Source of the DNA: Auanema rhodensis
Lineage: Eukaryota; Animalia; Nematoda
Assembly: GCA_964057225.1 (NCBI GenBank)
Contig: OZ059895.1
Location: forward strand, 6,944,001 to 7,008,000
Length of the DNA stretch: 64,000 nt
Reading direction: 5' to 3'
Both the position numbers and the translations under genes were made by a program. The notes under the pieces were generated by a model, which searched no databases, was not told where the DNA came from, and was given only the letters and a program-made list of their open reading frames with translations. Positions 42,201-53,774 of the stretch are shown here, piece after piece (positions within the stretch are counted from its first letter, which is position 1; each line of letters opens with the position of its first letter).

Positions 42201-45200
42201 TCAGACAATCTCAGTCTAGAGTTTTGAATGTTCTTCTGAACAGGAATACGGTGCACGTGCCACTTGCCTTGGGTTATTCATCATCATATTTGGTTTAATT
42301 ACCCAAGTTTGAGGTACTTTGATGATTCAACAAGGGATACACCTGATGTTGAACTAAATTTTGGAAAGCTCACTATATGTGAGCAACATTGATATTTCAT
42401 CTCTCTGAAGATTCGGAAGCTTGTCTATCTCTTGACCGGAAACTTTTATTGTTCAGGCAATCTCAGTCTAGAGTTTTGAATGTTCTTCTGAACAGGAATA
42501 CGGTGCACGTGCCATTTGCCTTGGGGTATTCAACTTCTTTTTTGGTTTAATTACCCAAGTTTGAGGTACTTTGATGATTCAACAAGGGTTACACCTGATG
42601 TTGAACTAAATTTTGGAAAGCTCACTATATGTGAGCAACATTGATATTTCATCTCTCCGAAGATTCGGAAGCTTGTCTATCTCTTGACCGGAAACTTTTA
42701 TTGTTCAGACAATCTCAGTCTAGAGTTTTGAATGTTCTTCTGAACAGGAATACGGTGCACGTGCCATTTGCCTTGGGGTATTCATCTTCATCTTTGGTTT
42801 AATTACCCAAGTTTGAGGTACTTTGATGATTCAACAAGGGTTACACCTGATGTTGAACTAAATTTTGGAAAGCTCACTATATGTGAGCAACATTGATATT
42901 TCATCTCTCTGAAGATTCGGAAGCTTGTCTATCTCTTGACCGGAAATGTTTATTGTTCAGACAATCTCAGTCTAGAGTTTTGAATGTTCTTCTGAACAGG
43001 AATACGGTGCACGTGCCATTTGCCTTGGGGTATTCAACTTCTTTTTTGGTTTAATTACCCAAGTTTGAGGTACTTTGATGATTCAACAAGGGTTACACCT
43101 GATGTTGAACTAAATTTTGGAAAGCTCACTATATGTGAGCAACATTGATATTTCATCTCTGAAGATTCGGAAGCTTGTCTATCTCTTGACCGGAAACTTT
43201 TATTGTTCAGACAATCTCAGTCTAGAGTTTTGAATGTTCTTCTGAACAGGAATACGGTGCACGTGCCACTTGCCTTGGGGTATTCATCTTGATCTTCGGT
43301 TTAATTACCCAAGTTTGAGGTACTTTGATGATTCAACAAGGGTTACACCTGATGTTGAACTAAATTTTGGAAAGCTCACTATATGTGAGCAACATTGATA
43401 TTTCATCTCTCTGAAGATTCGGAAGCTTGTCTATCTCTTTACCGGAAACTTTTATTGTTCAGACAATCTCAGTCTAGAGTTTTGAATGTTCTTCTGAACA
43501 GGAATACGGTGCACGTGCCATTTGCCTTAGGGTATTCAACTTCATTTTTGGTTTAATTACCCAAGTTTGAGGTACTTTGATGATTCAACAAGGGATACAC
43601 CTGATGTTGAACTAAATTTTGGAAAGCTCACTATATGTGAGCAACATTGATATTTCATCTCTCTGAAGATTCGGAAGCTTGTCTATCTCTTTACCGGAAA
43701 CTTTTATTGTTCAGACAATCTCAGTCTAGAGTTTTGAATGTTCTTCTGAACAGGAATACGGTGCACGTGCCATTTGCCTTGGGGTATTCAACTTCATTTT
43801 TGGTTTAATTACCCAAGTTTGAGGTACTTTGATGATTCAACAAGGGATACACCTGATGTTGAACTAAATTTTGGAAAGCTCACTATATGTGAGCAACATT
43901 AATATTTCATCTCTCTGAAGATTCGGAAGCTTGTCTATCTCTTTACCGGAAACTTTTATTGTTCAGACAATCTCAGTCTAGAGTTTTGAATGTTCTTCTG
44001 AACAGGAATACGGTGCACGTGCCATTTGCCTTGGGGTATTCAACTTCATTTTTGGTTTAATTACCCAAGTTTGAGGTACTTTGATGATTCAACAAGGGAT
44101 ACACCTGATGTTGAACTAAATTTTGGAAAGCTCACTATATGTGAGCAACATTAATATTTCATCTCTCTGAAGATTCGGAAGCTTGTCTATCTCTTGACCG
44201 GAAACTTTTATTGTTCAGGCAATCTCAGTCTAGAGTTTTGAATGTTCTTCTGAACAGGAATACGGTGCACGTGCCATTTGCCTTGGGGTATTCAACTTCT
44301 TTTTTGGTTTAATTACCCAAGTTTGAGGTACTTTGATGATTCAACAAGGGTTACACCTGATGTTGAACTAAATTTTGGAAAGCTCACTATATGTGAGCAA
44401 CATTGATATTTCATCTCTCCGAAGATTCGGAAGCTTGTCTATCTCTTGACCGGAAACTTTTATTGTTCAGACAATCTCAGTCTAGAGTTTTGAATGTTCT
44501 TCTGAACAGGAATACGGTGCACGTGCCATTTGCCTTGGGGTATTCATCTTCATCTTTGGTTTAATTACCCAAGTTTGAGGTACTTTGATGATTCAACAAG
44601 GGTTACACCTGATGTTGAACTAAATTTTGGAAAGCTCACTATATGTGAGCAACATTGATATTTCATCTCTCTGAAGATTCGGAAGCTTGTCTATCTCTTG
44701 ACCGGAAATGTTTATTGTTCAGACAATCTCAGTCTAGAGTTTTGAATGTTCTTCTGAACAGGAATACGGTGCACGTGCCATTTGCCTTGGGGTATTCAAC
44801 TTCTTTTTTGGTTTAATTACCCAAGTTTGAGGTACTTTGATGATTCAACAAGGGTTACACCTGATGTTGAACTAAATTTTGGAAAGCTCACTATATGTGA
44901 GCAACATTGATATTTCATCTCTGAAGATTCGGAAGCTTGTCTATCTCTTGACCGGAAACTTTTATTGTTCAGACAATCTCAGTCTAGAGTTTTGAATGTT
45001 CTTCTGAACAGGAATACGGTGCACGTGCCACTTGCCTTGGGGTATTCATCTTGATCTTCGGTTTAATTACCCAAGTTTGAGGTACTTTGATGATTCAACA
45101 AGGGTTACACCTGATGTTGAACTAAATTTTGGAAAGCTCACTATATGTGAGCAACATTGATATTTCATCTCTCTGAAGATTCGGAAGCTTGTCTATCTCT

Positions 45201-48200
45201 TTACCGGAAACTTTTATTGTTCAGACAATCTCAGTCTAGAGTTTTGAATGTTCTGCTGAACAGGAATACGGTGCACGTGCCATTTGCCTTAGGGTATTCA
45301 ACTTCATTTTTGGTTTAATTACCCAAGTTTGAGGTACTTTGATGATTCAACAAGGGATACACCTGATGTTGAACTAAATTTTGGAAAGCTCACTATATGT
45401 GAGCAACATTGATATTTCATCTCTCTGAAGATTCGGAAGCTTGTCTATCTCTTTACCGGAAACTTTTATTGTTCAGACAATCTCAGTCTAGAGTTTTGAA
45501 TGTTCTTCTGAACAGGAATACGGTGCACGTGCCATTTGCCTTGGGGTATTCAACTTCATTTTTGGTTTAATTACCCAAGTTTGAGGTACTTTGATGATTC
45601 AACAAGGGATACACCTGATGTTGAACTAAATTTTGGAAAGCTCACTATATGTGAGCAACATTAATATTTCATCTCTCTGAAGATTCGGAAGCTTGTCTAT
45701 CTCTTTACCGGAAACTTTTATTGTTCAGACAATCTCAGTCTAGAGTTTTGAATGTTCTTCTGAACAGGAATACGGTGCACGTGCCATTTGCCTTGGGGTA
45801 TTCAACTTCATTTTTGGTTTAATTACCCAAGTTTGAGGTACTTTGATGATTCAACAAGGGATACACCTGATGTTGAACTAAATTTTGGAAAGCTCACTAT
45901 ATGTGAGCAACATTAATATTTCATCTCTCTGAAGATTCGGAAGCTTGTCTATCTCTTGACCGGAAATGTTTATTGTTCAGACAATCTCAGTCTAGAGTTT
46001 TGAATGTTCTTCTGAACAGGAATACGGTGCACGTGCCATTTGCCTTGGGGTATTCATCTTCATCTTTGGTTTAATTACCCAAGTTTGAGGTACTTTGATG
46101 ATTCAACAAGGGATACACCTGATGTTGAACTAAATTTTGGAAAGCTCACTATATGTGAGCAACATTGATATTTCATCTCTCTTAAGATTCGGAAGCTTGT
46201 CTATCTCTTGACCGGAAACTTTTATTGTTCAGGCAATCTCAGTCTAGAGTTTTGAATGTTCTTCTGAACAGGAATACGGTGCACGTGCCATTTGCCTTGG
46301 GGTATTCAACTTCTTTTTTGGTTTAATTACCCAAGTTTGAGGTACTTTGATGATTCAACAAGGGTTACACCTGATGTTGAACTAAATTTTGGAAAGCTCA
46401 CTATATGTGAGCAACATTGATATTTCATCTCTGAAGATTCGGAAGCTTGTCTATCTCTTGACCGGAAATGTTTATTGTTCAGACAATCTCAGTCTAGAGT
46501 TTTGAATGTTCTTCTGAACAGGAATACGGTGCACGTGCCATTTGCCTTGGGGTATTCATCTTCATCTTTGGTTTAATTACCCAAGTTTGAGGTACTTTGA
46601 TGATTCAACAAGGGTTACACCTGATGTTGAACTAAATTTTGGAAAGCTCACTATATGTGAGCAACATTGATATTTCATCTCTCCGAAGATTCGGAAGCTT
46701 GTCTATCTCTTGACCGGAAACTTTTATTGTTCAGACAATCTCAGTCTAGAGTTTTGAATGTTCTTCTGAACAGGAATACGGTGCACGTGCCATTTGCCTT
46801 GGGGTATTCAACTTCTTTTTTGGTTTAATTACCCAAGTTTGAGGTACTTTGATGATTCAACAAGGGTTACACCTGATGTTGAACTAAATTTTGGAAAGCT
46901 CACTATATGTGAGCAACATTGATATTTCATCTCTCCGAAGATTCGGAAGCTTGTCTATCTCTTGACCGGAAATGTTTATTGTTCAGACAATCTCAGTCTA
47001 GAGTTTTGAATGTTCTTCTGAACAGGAATACGGTGCACGTGCCATTTGCCTTGGGGTATTCATCTTCATCTTTGGTTTAATTACCCAAGTTTGAGGTACT
47101 TTGATGATTCAACAAGGGTTACACCTGATGTTGAACTAAATTTTGGAAAGCTCACTATATGTGAGCAACATTGATATTTCATCTCTGAAGATTCGGAAGC
47201 TTGTCTATCTCTTGACCGGAAACTTTTATTGTTCAGACAATCTCAGTCTAGAGTTTTGAATGTTCTTCTGAACAGGAATACGGTGCACGTGCCACTTGCC
47301 TTGGGGTATTCATCTTGATCTTCGGTTTAATTACCCAAGTTTGAGGTACTTTGATGATTCAACAAGGGTTACACCTGATGTTGAACTAAATTTTGGAAAG
47401 CTCACTATATGTGAGCAACATTGATATTTCATCTCTCTGAAGATTCGGAAGCTTGTCTATCTCTTTACCGGAAACTTTTATTGTTCAGACAATCTCAGTC
47501 TAGAGTTTTGAATGTTCTTCTGAACAGGAATACGGTGCACGTGCCATTTGCCTTGGGGTATTCAACTTCTTTTTTGGTTTAATTACCCAAGTTTGAGGTA
47601 CTTTGATGATTCAACAAGGGTTACACCTGATGTTGAACTAAATTTTGGAAAGCTCACTATATGTGAGCAACATTGATATTTCATCTCTCTGAAGATTCGG
47701 AAGCTTGTCTATCTCTTTACCGGAAACTTTTATTGTTCAGACAATCTCAGTCTAGAGTTTTGAATGTTCTTCTGAACAGGAACACGGTGCACGTGCCATT
47801 TGCCTTAGGGTATTCAACTTCATTTTTGGTTTAATTACCCAAGTTTGAGGTACTTTGATGATTCAACAAGGGATACACCTGATGTTGAACTAAATTTTGG
47901 AAAGCTCACTATATGTGAGCAACATTGATATTTCATCTCTGAAGATTCGGAAGCTTGTCTATCTCTTGACCGGAAATGTTTATTGTTCAGACAATCTCAG
48001 TCTAGAGTTTTGAATGTTCTTCTGAACAGGAATACGGTGCACGTGCCATTTGCCTTGGGGTATTCAACTTCTTTTTTGGTTTAATTACCCAAGTTTGAGG
48101 TACTTTGATGATTCAACAAGGGATACACCTGATGTTGAACTAAATATTGGAAAGCTCACTATATGTGAGCAACATTAATATTTCATCTCTCTGAAGATTC

Positions 48201-48897
48201 GGAAGCTTGTCTATCTCTTTACCGGAAACTTTTATTGTTCAGACAATCTCAGTCTAGAGTTTTGAATGTTCTTCTGAACAGGAATACGGTGCACGTGCCA
48301 TTTGCCTTGGGGTATACAACTTCATTTTTGGTTTAATTACCCAAGTTTGAGGTACTTTGATGATTCAACAAGGGATACACCTGATGTTGAACTAAATTTT
48401 GGAAAGCTCACTATATGTGAGCAACATTAATATTTCATCTCTCTGAAGATTCGGAAGCTTGTCTATCTCTTGACCGGAAATGTTTATTGTTCAGACAATC
48501 TCAGTCTAGAGTTTTGAATGTTCTTCTGAACAGGAATACGGTGCACGTGCCATTTGCCTTGGGGTATTCATCTTCATCTTTGGTTTAATTACCCAAGTTT
48601 GAGGTACTTTGATGATTCAACAAGGGATACACCTGATGTTGAACTAAATTTTGGAAAGCTCACTATATGTGAGCAACATTGATATTTCATCTCTCTGAAG
48701 ATTCGGAAGCTTGTCTATCTCTTTACCGGAAACTTTTATTGTTCAGGCAATCTCAGTCTAGAGTTTTGAATGTTCTTCTGAACAGGAATACGGTGCACGT
48801 GCCATTTGCCTTGGGGTATTCAACTTCATTTTTGGTTTAATTACCCAAGTTTGAGGTAGACAAGCTTCCGAATCTTCAGAGAGATGAAATATCAATG

Positions 48898-48992
48898 CTG
48901 CTCACATATAGTGAGCTTTCCAAAATTTAGTTCAACATCAGGTGTAACCCTTGTTGAATCATCAAAATACCTTAAACTTGGGTAATTAAACC
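48898..48992 (-). ncRNA. SL1: SL1-variant RNA gene (leader GGTTTAATTACCCAAGTTTAAG), minus strand
   Basis: Reverse complement of 48971-48992 is the variant exon, with donor GTATTTTG. Stem II, Sm site and stem III are intact, and the full upstream spacer is present. Confidence 0.9.
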
Positions 48993-49149
48993 AAAGATGA
49001 AGATGAATACCCCAAGGCAAATGGCACGTGCACCGTATTCCTGTTCAGAAGAACATTCAAAACTCTAGACTGAGATTGTCTGAACAATGAACATTTTGGG
49101 TCAAGAGATAGACAAGCTTCAGAATCTTCAGAAATTTGAAATATCAATG

Positions 49150-49244
49150 CTGCTCACATATAGTGAGCTTTCCAAAATTTAGTTCAACATCAGGTGTAAC
49201 CCTTGTTGAATCATCAAAATACCTTAAACTTGGGTAATTAAACC
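49150..49244 (-). ncRNA. SL1: SL1-variant RNA gene (leader ...TTTAAG), minus strand, upstream spacer truncated at about -54
   Basis: Exon 49223-49244, 252 bp from the previous copy, with the same diagnostic substitutions. Confidence 0.88.
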
Positions 49245-50410
49245 AAAGATGAAGATGAATACCCCAAGGCAAATGGCACGTGCACCGTATTCCTGTTCTC
49301 GCCTATCCAGCTCTGCCAACAAGCCGACTATTTGATCCAAAGTCAGCAGATTGCTGCTAGGGCTTTCCTCTACTCTACTTGGACCCTAGACGTAAACTTT
49401 TGTTGTTGCTTAGAAAAAGCCTCTAATTAGGCTACAAACATGAAGCGTTCCGATCTTGTTGATGTAGAGAATATTGTACCTTCGACACCAGAACCGGATG
49501 TACCACGACCACTCGCACTTATTAATTATTTTTTGTTTAGACACATCAAAAAATCAGGCACAATTCTCAAAGGATAGCTCTTCTTTCTCTTTTTCTCGGG
49601 ACGAGAAATTTGAGATGCCGGGGATGTCAAAAATATGTATGGCTAGAAAGACTATCATGAAATGTATAATCAAAGATAATTATACTATGAGATATGAATT
49701 ATTTATTAACTTAATAATTATTCATAAAAAAATAGAACAAAGAGAATAATGTGAATAAAATGACCTATGGATAAAACAATCCATAGTAATCGCGTTCCAT
49801 TTAGAGATTATTGATAAACAGTGAACTGTTGATAATCAACTACCGTAATCTGATTAAAACAATATTTAGTTGTTTTTTGTCCTAAAATTATTGTGATAAG
49901 AAATTTTTGTAATAATTTTTCAGTTTGGAATTTCCTCTTTAATTTTTTTTTGTATTTTTTGTTTTTTTTAATAATTTTTTTTTCGCTCTTCTTCTTTTTA
50001 TTTTTTCGTTCTTTGATTGTAGTGTCATCGCGAATGTTTCGAGTGAGGGGAACTTCTTGGGCAGGTTCTACGTAAAGATGCACATCGGTCTGGCCGTGTA
50101 TCCATATAATCAAACCGCGGATTTGCGTGAAATTTTTGACTACAAAATGCTCGAATTGATCAAGCTTGCGCCAAAAGTTCATTTTGTGCCGAATATCCAT
50201 TACTCGATGCTTGAATTATACAGCTTCACCGAATAAGGTAATTTTCCTAAATGTAGCCCTCAGGTGTGTGTCAGATATGCAACAAAAAATAATTTATTTT
50301 TTGGAGATTATTGAAATTTTGAAATTTGTCAGTTTATAATTGTAACATTTCTCATACAATAATATTTTGTGTTTTTAGTCATCAGATTCCGCCAAGCGAA
50401 CGAGGTCAAC

Positions 50411-50663
50411 ATGTCGGACGACCAAATGTCCGAGAAGGAACTGATTCGGAGAATACTTGTATTGAAGGAATTGCACTCAAATTATGAAGATGATGTCAAC
50501 GGGAAATTAAGCATTATTGATTTTAAGGTATATTTAAAGTTACTTTTTTATTAGTTCTGTTATTCTCATTTAGGTCGGCTACAATTATAGAAAAGCAGAA
50601 AAATATTGGGCAGGCGAAAACAGTCGACTTGTTGGCGGAGCTGAAATGCAAATTTTGATCTAA
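50411..50663 (+). CDS. Possible small two-exon gene or gene fragment (68 aa if spliced), unknown product
   Basis: ATG at 50411 and 39 codons (MSDDQMSEKELIRRILVLKELHSNYEDDVNGKLSIIDFK). AAG|GTATAT...CATTTAG|G defines a 46-nt AT-rich intron (50528-50573), followed by 29 codons to TAA 50661-50663. A TTTTTAG acceptor-like site ends at 50378. No homology recognised. Confidence 0.3.
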
Positions 50664-51556
50664 AACAGTTTGCCACCTTTTATACAAACTTTGTTGTAAA
50701 GTTCTGCCCACTCCGCCTCTTTCACAAAACAGTTGACTACGGTATACGGCTTTTCTATTTGTTATATATTACAACAAATATATGCATTTATACATTAATT
50801 AGCAGTTTGTTGCGCAAACAGCTGCCAAATGCGCTAAAATACACCGATTGCGCCAACAGTTGCCGGATTAACAACCTGTAAACTATCCGCTTATTAATTA
50901 CTTGTTACAGCATTCGATTTCGTAAATCCAAATATTTAACAATAATTCGAAACGCAGGATTGTTGCGAAAAACAGACTTGTACACATCCGATTACAAGTA
51001 CAACATTTCCAGACACTTTGTAAAAAAGAAAATCTCACAAATTGTTAACACATGTTCTAATTTAAAATGAAAATTTATTGTTCAATAAATATATTACCAA
51101 ACATTCATACTATTCTTAGCCATAGTTATGAAATACAAAAACTATCAGAACATCTTTAAACTATAAGGGATACAACAACAATTACTTTAAAGTAACATTT
51201 TTGATATTAAAAAGTTTGAAAATATTCGTATATACTCATGACCCCTTGGCATAGTAAGTATTCTTTAGCGTTATGGGTACATGTAGTGTACAGCTATTTA
51301 TCATATTTTAATGAACAAAACTTTTGCCATGTGGTAAATGTGTAGGTCAGTGCACCTGTTTTAACGATCTGATTGAATTAACCTTCGATATGAGTTCCAT
51401 TGATTAACCCATAAGATGTACGGTGAACACATTGATTACCTTGTAAAAATATTTACATAAATATAACAAAACAATACAATATACATATACATAAGAAATA
51501 ATTTATTCAAATATACAAGTTTTAAAGATACAATTAAAAAATATATGAATATTAAG

Positions 51557-51671
51557 AATACATTTAAAAAGAAATAATTTTAAAAATACATTTAAAAAGA
51601 AATAATTTTAAAAATACATTTAAAAAGAAATAACTTTAAAATTACATTTGAAAAGAAATAATTTTAAAAAT
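51557..51671. repeat. AT-rich minisatellite, 4 x 28 bp (TACATTTAAAAAGAAATAATTTTAAAAA)
   Basis: CATTT recurs at 51561, 51589, 51617 and 51645. Confidence 0.9.
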
Positions 51672-51706
51672 GATTTTAAAAAAAAATCATGCATTTTGAT
51701 CCATGC

Positions 51707-51852
51707 GCAGGCTCGAGAGCCTGCCTCGGGAGGAAAAGTATATTTTTAACAGCTGACTCCGAAAATATGATTTTGACAGCTGGCGCCCCCAAAAGTATGT
51801 TTTGAGCAGCTAACGCCTTCAAAAGTATGTTCTTTGCAACTGTTTGGGGGCG
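51707..51852. repeat. GC-rich hairpin plus ~4 degenerate 27-30-bp repeats (AAAAGTATGTTTT..CAGCTG)
   Basis: GCAGGCTC-GA-GAGCCTGC at 51707-51724. CAGCTG/CAGCTA/CAACTG near 51750, 51777, 51807 and 51837. CGCCCCCAAA (51784) is inverted at TTTGGGGGCG (51843). Confidence 0.65.
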
Positions 51853-51862
51853 TGGTTAGTAA

Positions 51863-53646
51863 ATTCGGCATGGCTCTCTACTAACGTCGTTACTTTCTCT
51901 GGTGTTACTGGCTAATCCACATTGTGACACTACAGGAGCTTTGGCGTCAACAGCCCTCATACTAATGATATTAGCTATGTTATTAGGGTGTGTATGCCAA
52001 GGATGGAGAAGCAGAAAAAGATTAAAACTGTTTATGGATTGGATACCAAAATTGTGGAAGCGGCGTCAGGAAAGAGATGAGGACGTTGATATTCCACAAA
52101 GCGAGGTGAAGGAAGGAGAAAAAAGGGAATCTTTATACTCTATAAAGATGGTGAGATTGCCAAGTCTACACTTCTCGCGCTTATCAATACATAGTGTGAC
52201 AATAATGCTAATGATCAGTACTAGCTGGGGATGTAAAAGCGCACATGAGATACAAGAAACGCACATCCACTGTATCAGCAGGAATAAATGTTACCAGCAA
52301 CTTGCCACTCCAATAACATTCAATCCGGGAGTAAAGCAAATGTGTTTAAATTTAAACTACAACAATAACACTATTGGACAATGGATAATGACAAAAGAAA
52401 AAACAATATTCACATGTCAGAAAACAACTTTATATTATACAAAAAGAACTGAGCCATTTATAGAACAAACGTACCTGTGTGATAGAAATCATAACTGCAC
52501 AGAGAACAATTGTAACCAGAAGGAATACCAGCAGGAAATTGGCAAATTTGGATCAAAAAGAGGACCAACTCAATCATCATGTTATAGAGCATCAAGCAAA
52601 TGGTTTTCGTGTTTTCCACCATTTGGCAAAGCTTGCATAATGTATAGGTTACAACATAAACCAATAACATAAATTATATATGCAGTAAATATTTGCGAAG
52701 ATTGGAGTACGGTAGTCCATTTGAATATCAAGGAAAATCTGTTCGGGAATAATTATGAACGGAGCATTAAATTAAAACCATACAGTACCCTTGTATCGGA
52801 AATTGGTAATATCACAATTATCAAGCAGGAAAAACCAAACGCCAAGTTTCTTCATAAGAAGTTTTTTATATCAGAAAATCAGACTTACTTAACAGAGAGG
52901 CATTTTGAACCCCTGGTAAAATGTGACTCTAAGGAAAGAGCACAAAAACATTTTACAACATGCGATATACAGTGGGTATGTCCATGTATCAAAGAATACG
53001 AAGAGAAAATCTTATGTGACTGTCCATAATCAGATTTCGCCAAAGAGGAATGGAAGTTGACTCCACAGTTGATAAACATCAACGAGATAGAAGAAACTAT
53101 CGAAATATCATCGATAGAGGATGAATCCACTATACATATTGAATCTCTGAACTTCATCCAGAGCAACATATACACACAAGACATATCATGTCATATTGAC
53201 TTCCTTGGCGCCCAGGGATGCTATGCATGTGAAACAGGAGCGGTACTAAGTTTTGAATGTATCGCAGAAGAGGAAACATGGATTCCGTTGGATTGCCAAC
53301 ATGAAGTAATTATGGTTAAGTGTTCGCCACAGTTCACTAACACCACAGTAACCATAAGAAGAAACTAACCCATGATTAGGGAAAAGTGCAGAATGAACTG
53401 TGCAGACAGGGAGCAAGTATAGATATTATAGGAATCTTGAGATACGACGGCAGAAAGAAAGGCAAACTACCTAATAAAATTGGAGCAGACGAAACACCCA
53501 GTTACGCACCCTTGTGGGACGTACTAAGACAGAGATGGATAATATCACTCGGAATCCTTGAAAACGCATTAATGGTAAAATTGAAGAAGACTTGGAGTAA
53601 CTATCGAAGACGGATCAGCCAAGGGATACAAACTACTCAATTTTGA
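51863..53646 (+). pseudogene. env: Disrupted phlebovirus-like envelope glycoprotein (C-terminal Gn + Gc, class II fusogen) of a BEL/Pao-type element
   Basis: ORFs 51902, 52721 and 53057 share one frame, separated by single TAA codons. Motifs are LANPHC+TM (end of Gn), a hydrophobic signal ending STSWG|C (Gc start 52232), C..ITFNPGVKQMCL, ACIMYR..P..Y...C..W, and GCYACETGA...C...C...C (Gc C-terminal domain). A frameshift near 53400 leads into SIDIIGILRY. The pattern is recognised from nematode Cer/Atlas-type env; no search was run. Confidence 0.82.
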
Positions 53647-53774
53647 AAAGTATACAAACCGGAAGGTTAAGCAATAATGTTTTGAAATCTTTTTCTTGTA
53701 TTATTAATGTTATTTGATGTTGAATATTTCACGATTGTATGAGATTTATGTTATTTGGGTTTTTCATGGGGACA

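Larger units (their letters stand above)
1..48858 (+). ncRNA. SL1: Tandem array of SL1 spliced-leader RNA genes, 252-bp unit, ~194 copies (left array; open at window start)
   Basis: Period is 252 (GAAGATTCGG at 1 and 253). Nearly every unit has the exact nematode SL1 22-mer, then GT, a hairpin, AAATTTTGGAA and a second hairpin. First exon at 138, last at 48834. After subtracting the indel alleles I saw (net +60 bp), the distance is exactly 193 x 252. Confidence 0.97.
48857..49298 (-). repeat. Inverted block of ~1.75 SL repeat units
   Basis: TAGACAAGCTTCCGAATCTTC... is the reverse complement of the monomer. Similarity ends at ...CCGTATTCCTGTTC (49298). Confidence 0.97.

Noticed and set aside
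1-48858. CRISPR array or ordinary centromeric satellite
   Set aside because: There are no unique spacers or cas genes, the context is eukaryotic, and each unit contains a full SL RNA gene. An additional structural role cannot be excluded.
49474-50200. ORFs 49474+, 49893+ and 49808-
   Set aside because: They are driven largely by low-complexity poly-T/A tracts with no recognisable domain. The N-terminal half of 49808- could be an exon relic but is unsupported.
50660-50990. Cluster of AACAG(T/C)TG motifs as piRNA Ruby motifs
   Set aside because: They do not match CTGTTTCA. More likely a degenerate repeat relic.
52066-53184. Minus-strand ORFs 52066, 52458 and 52885
   Set aside because: Antisense shadows of the env frame.
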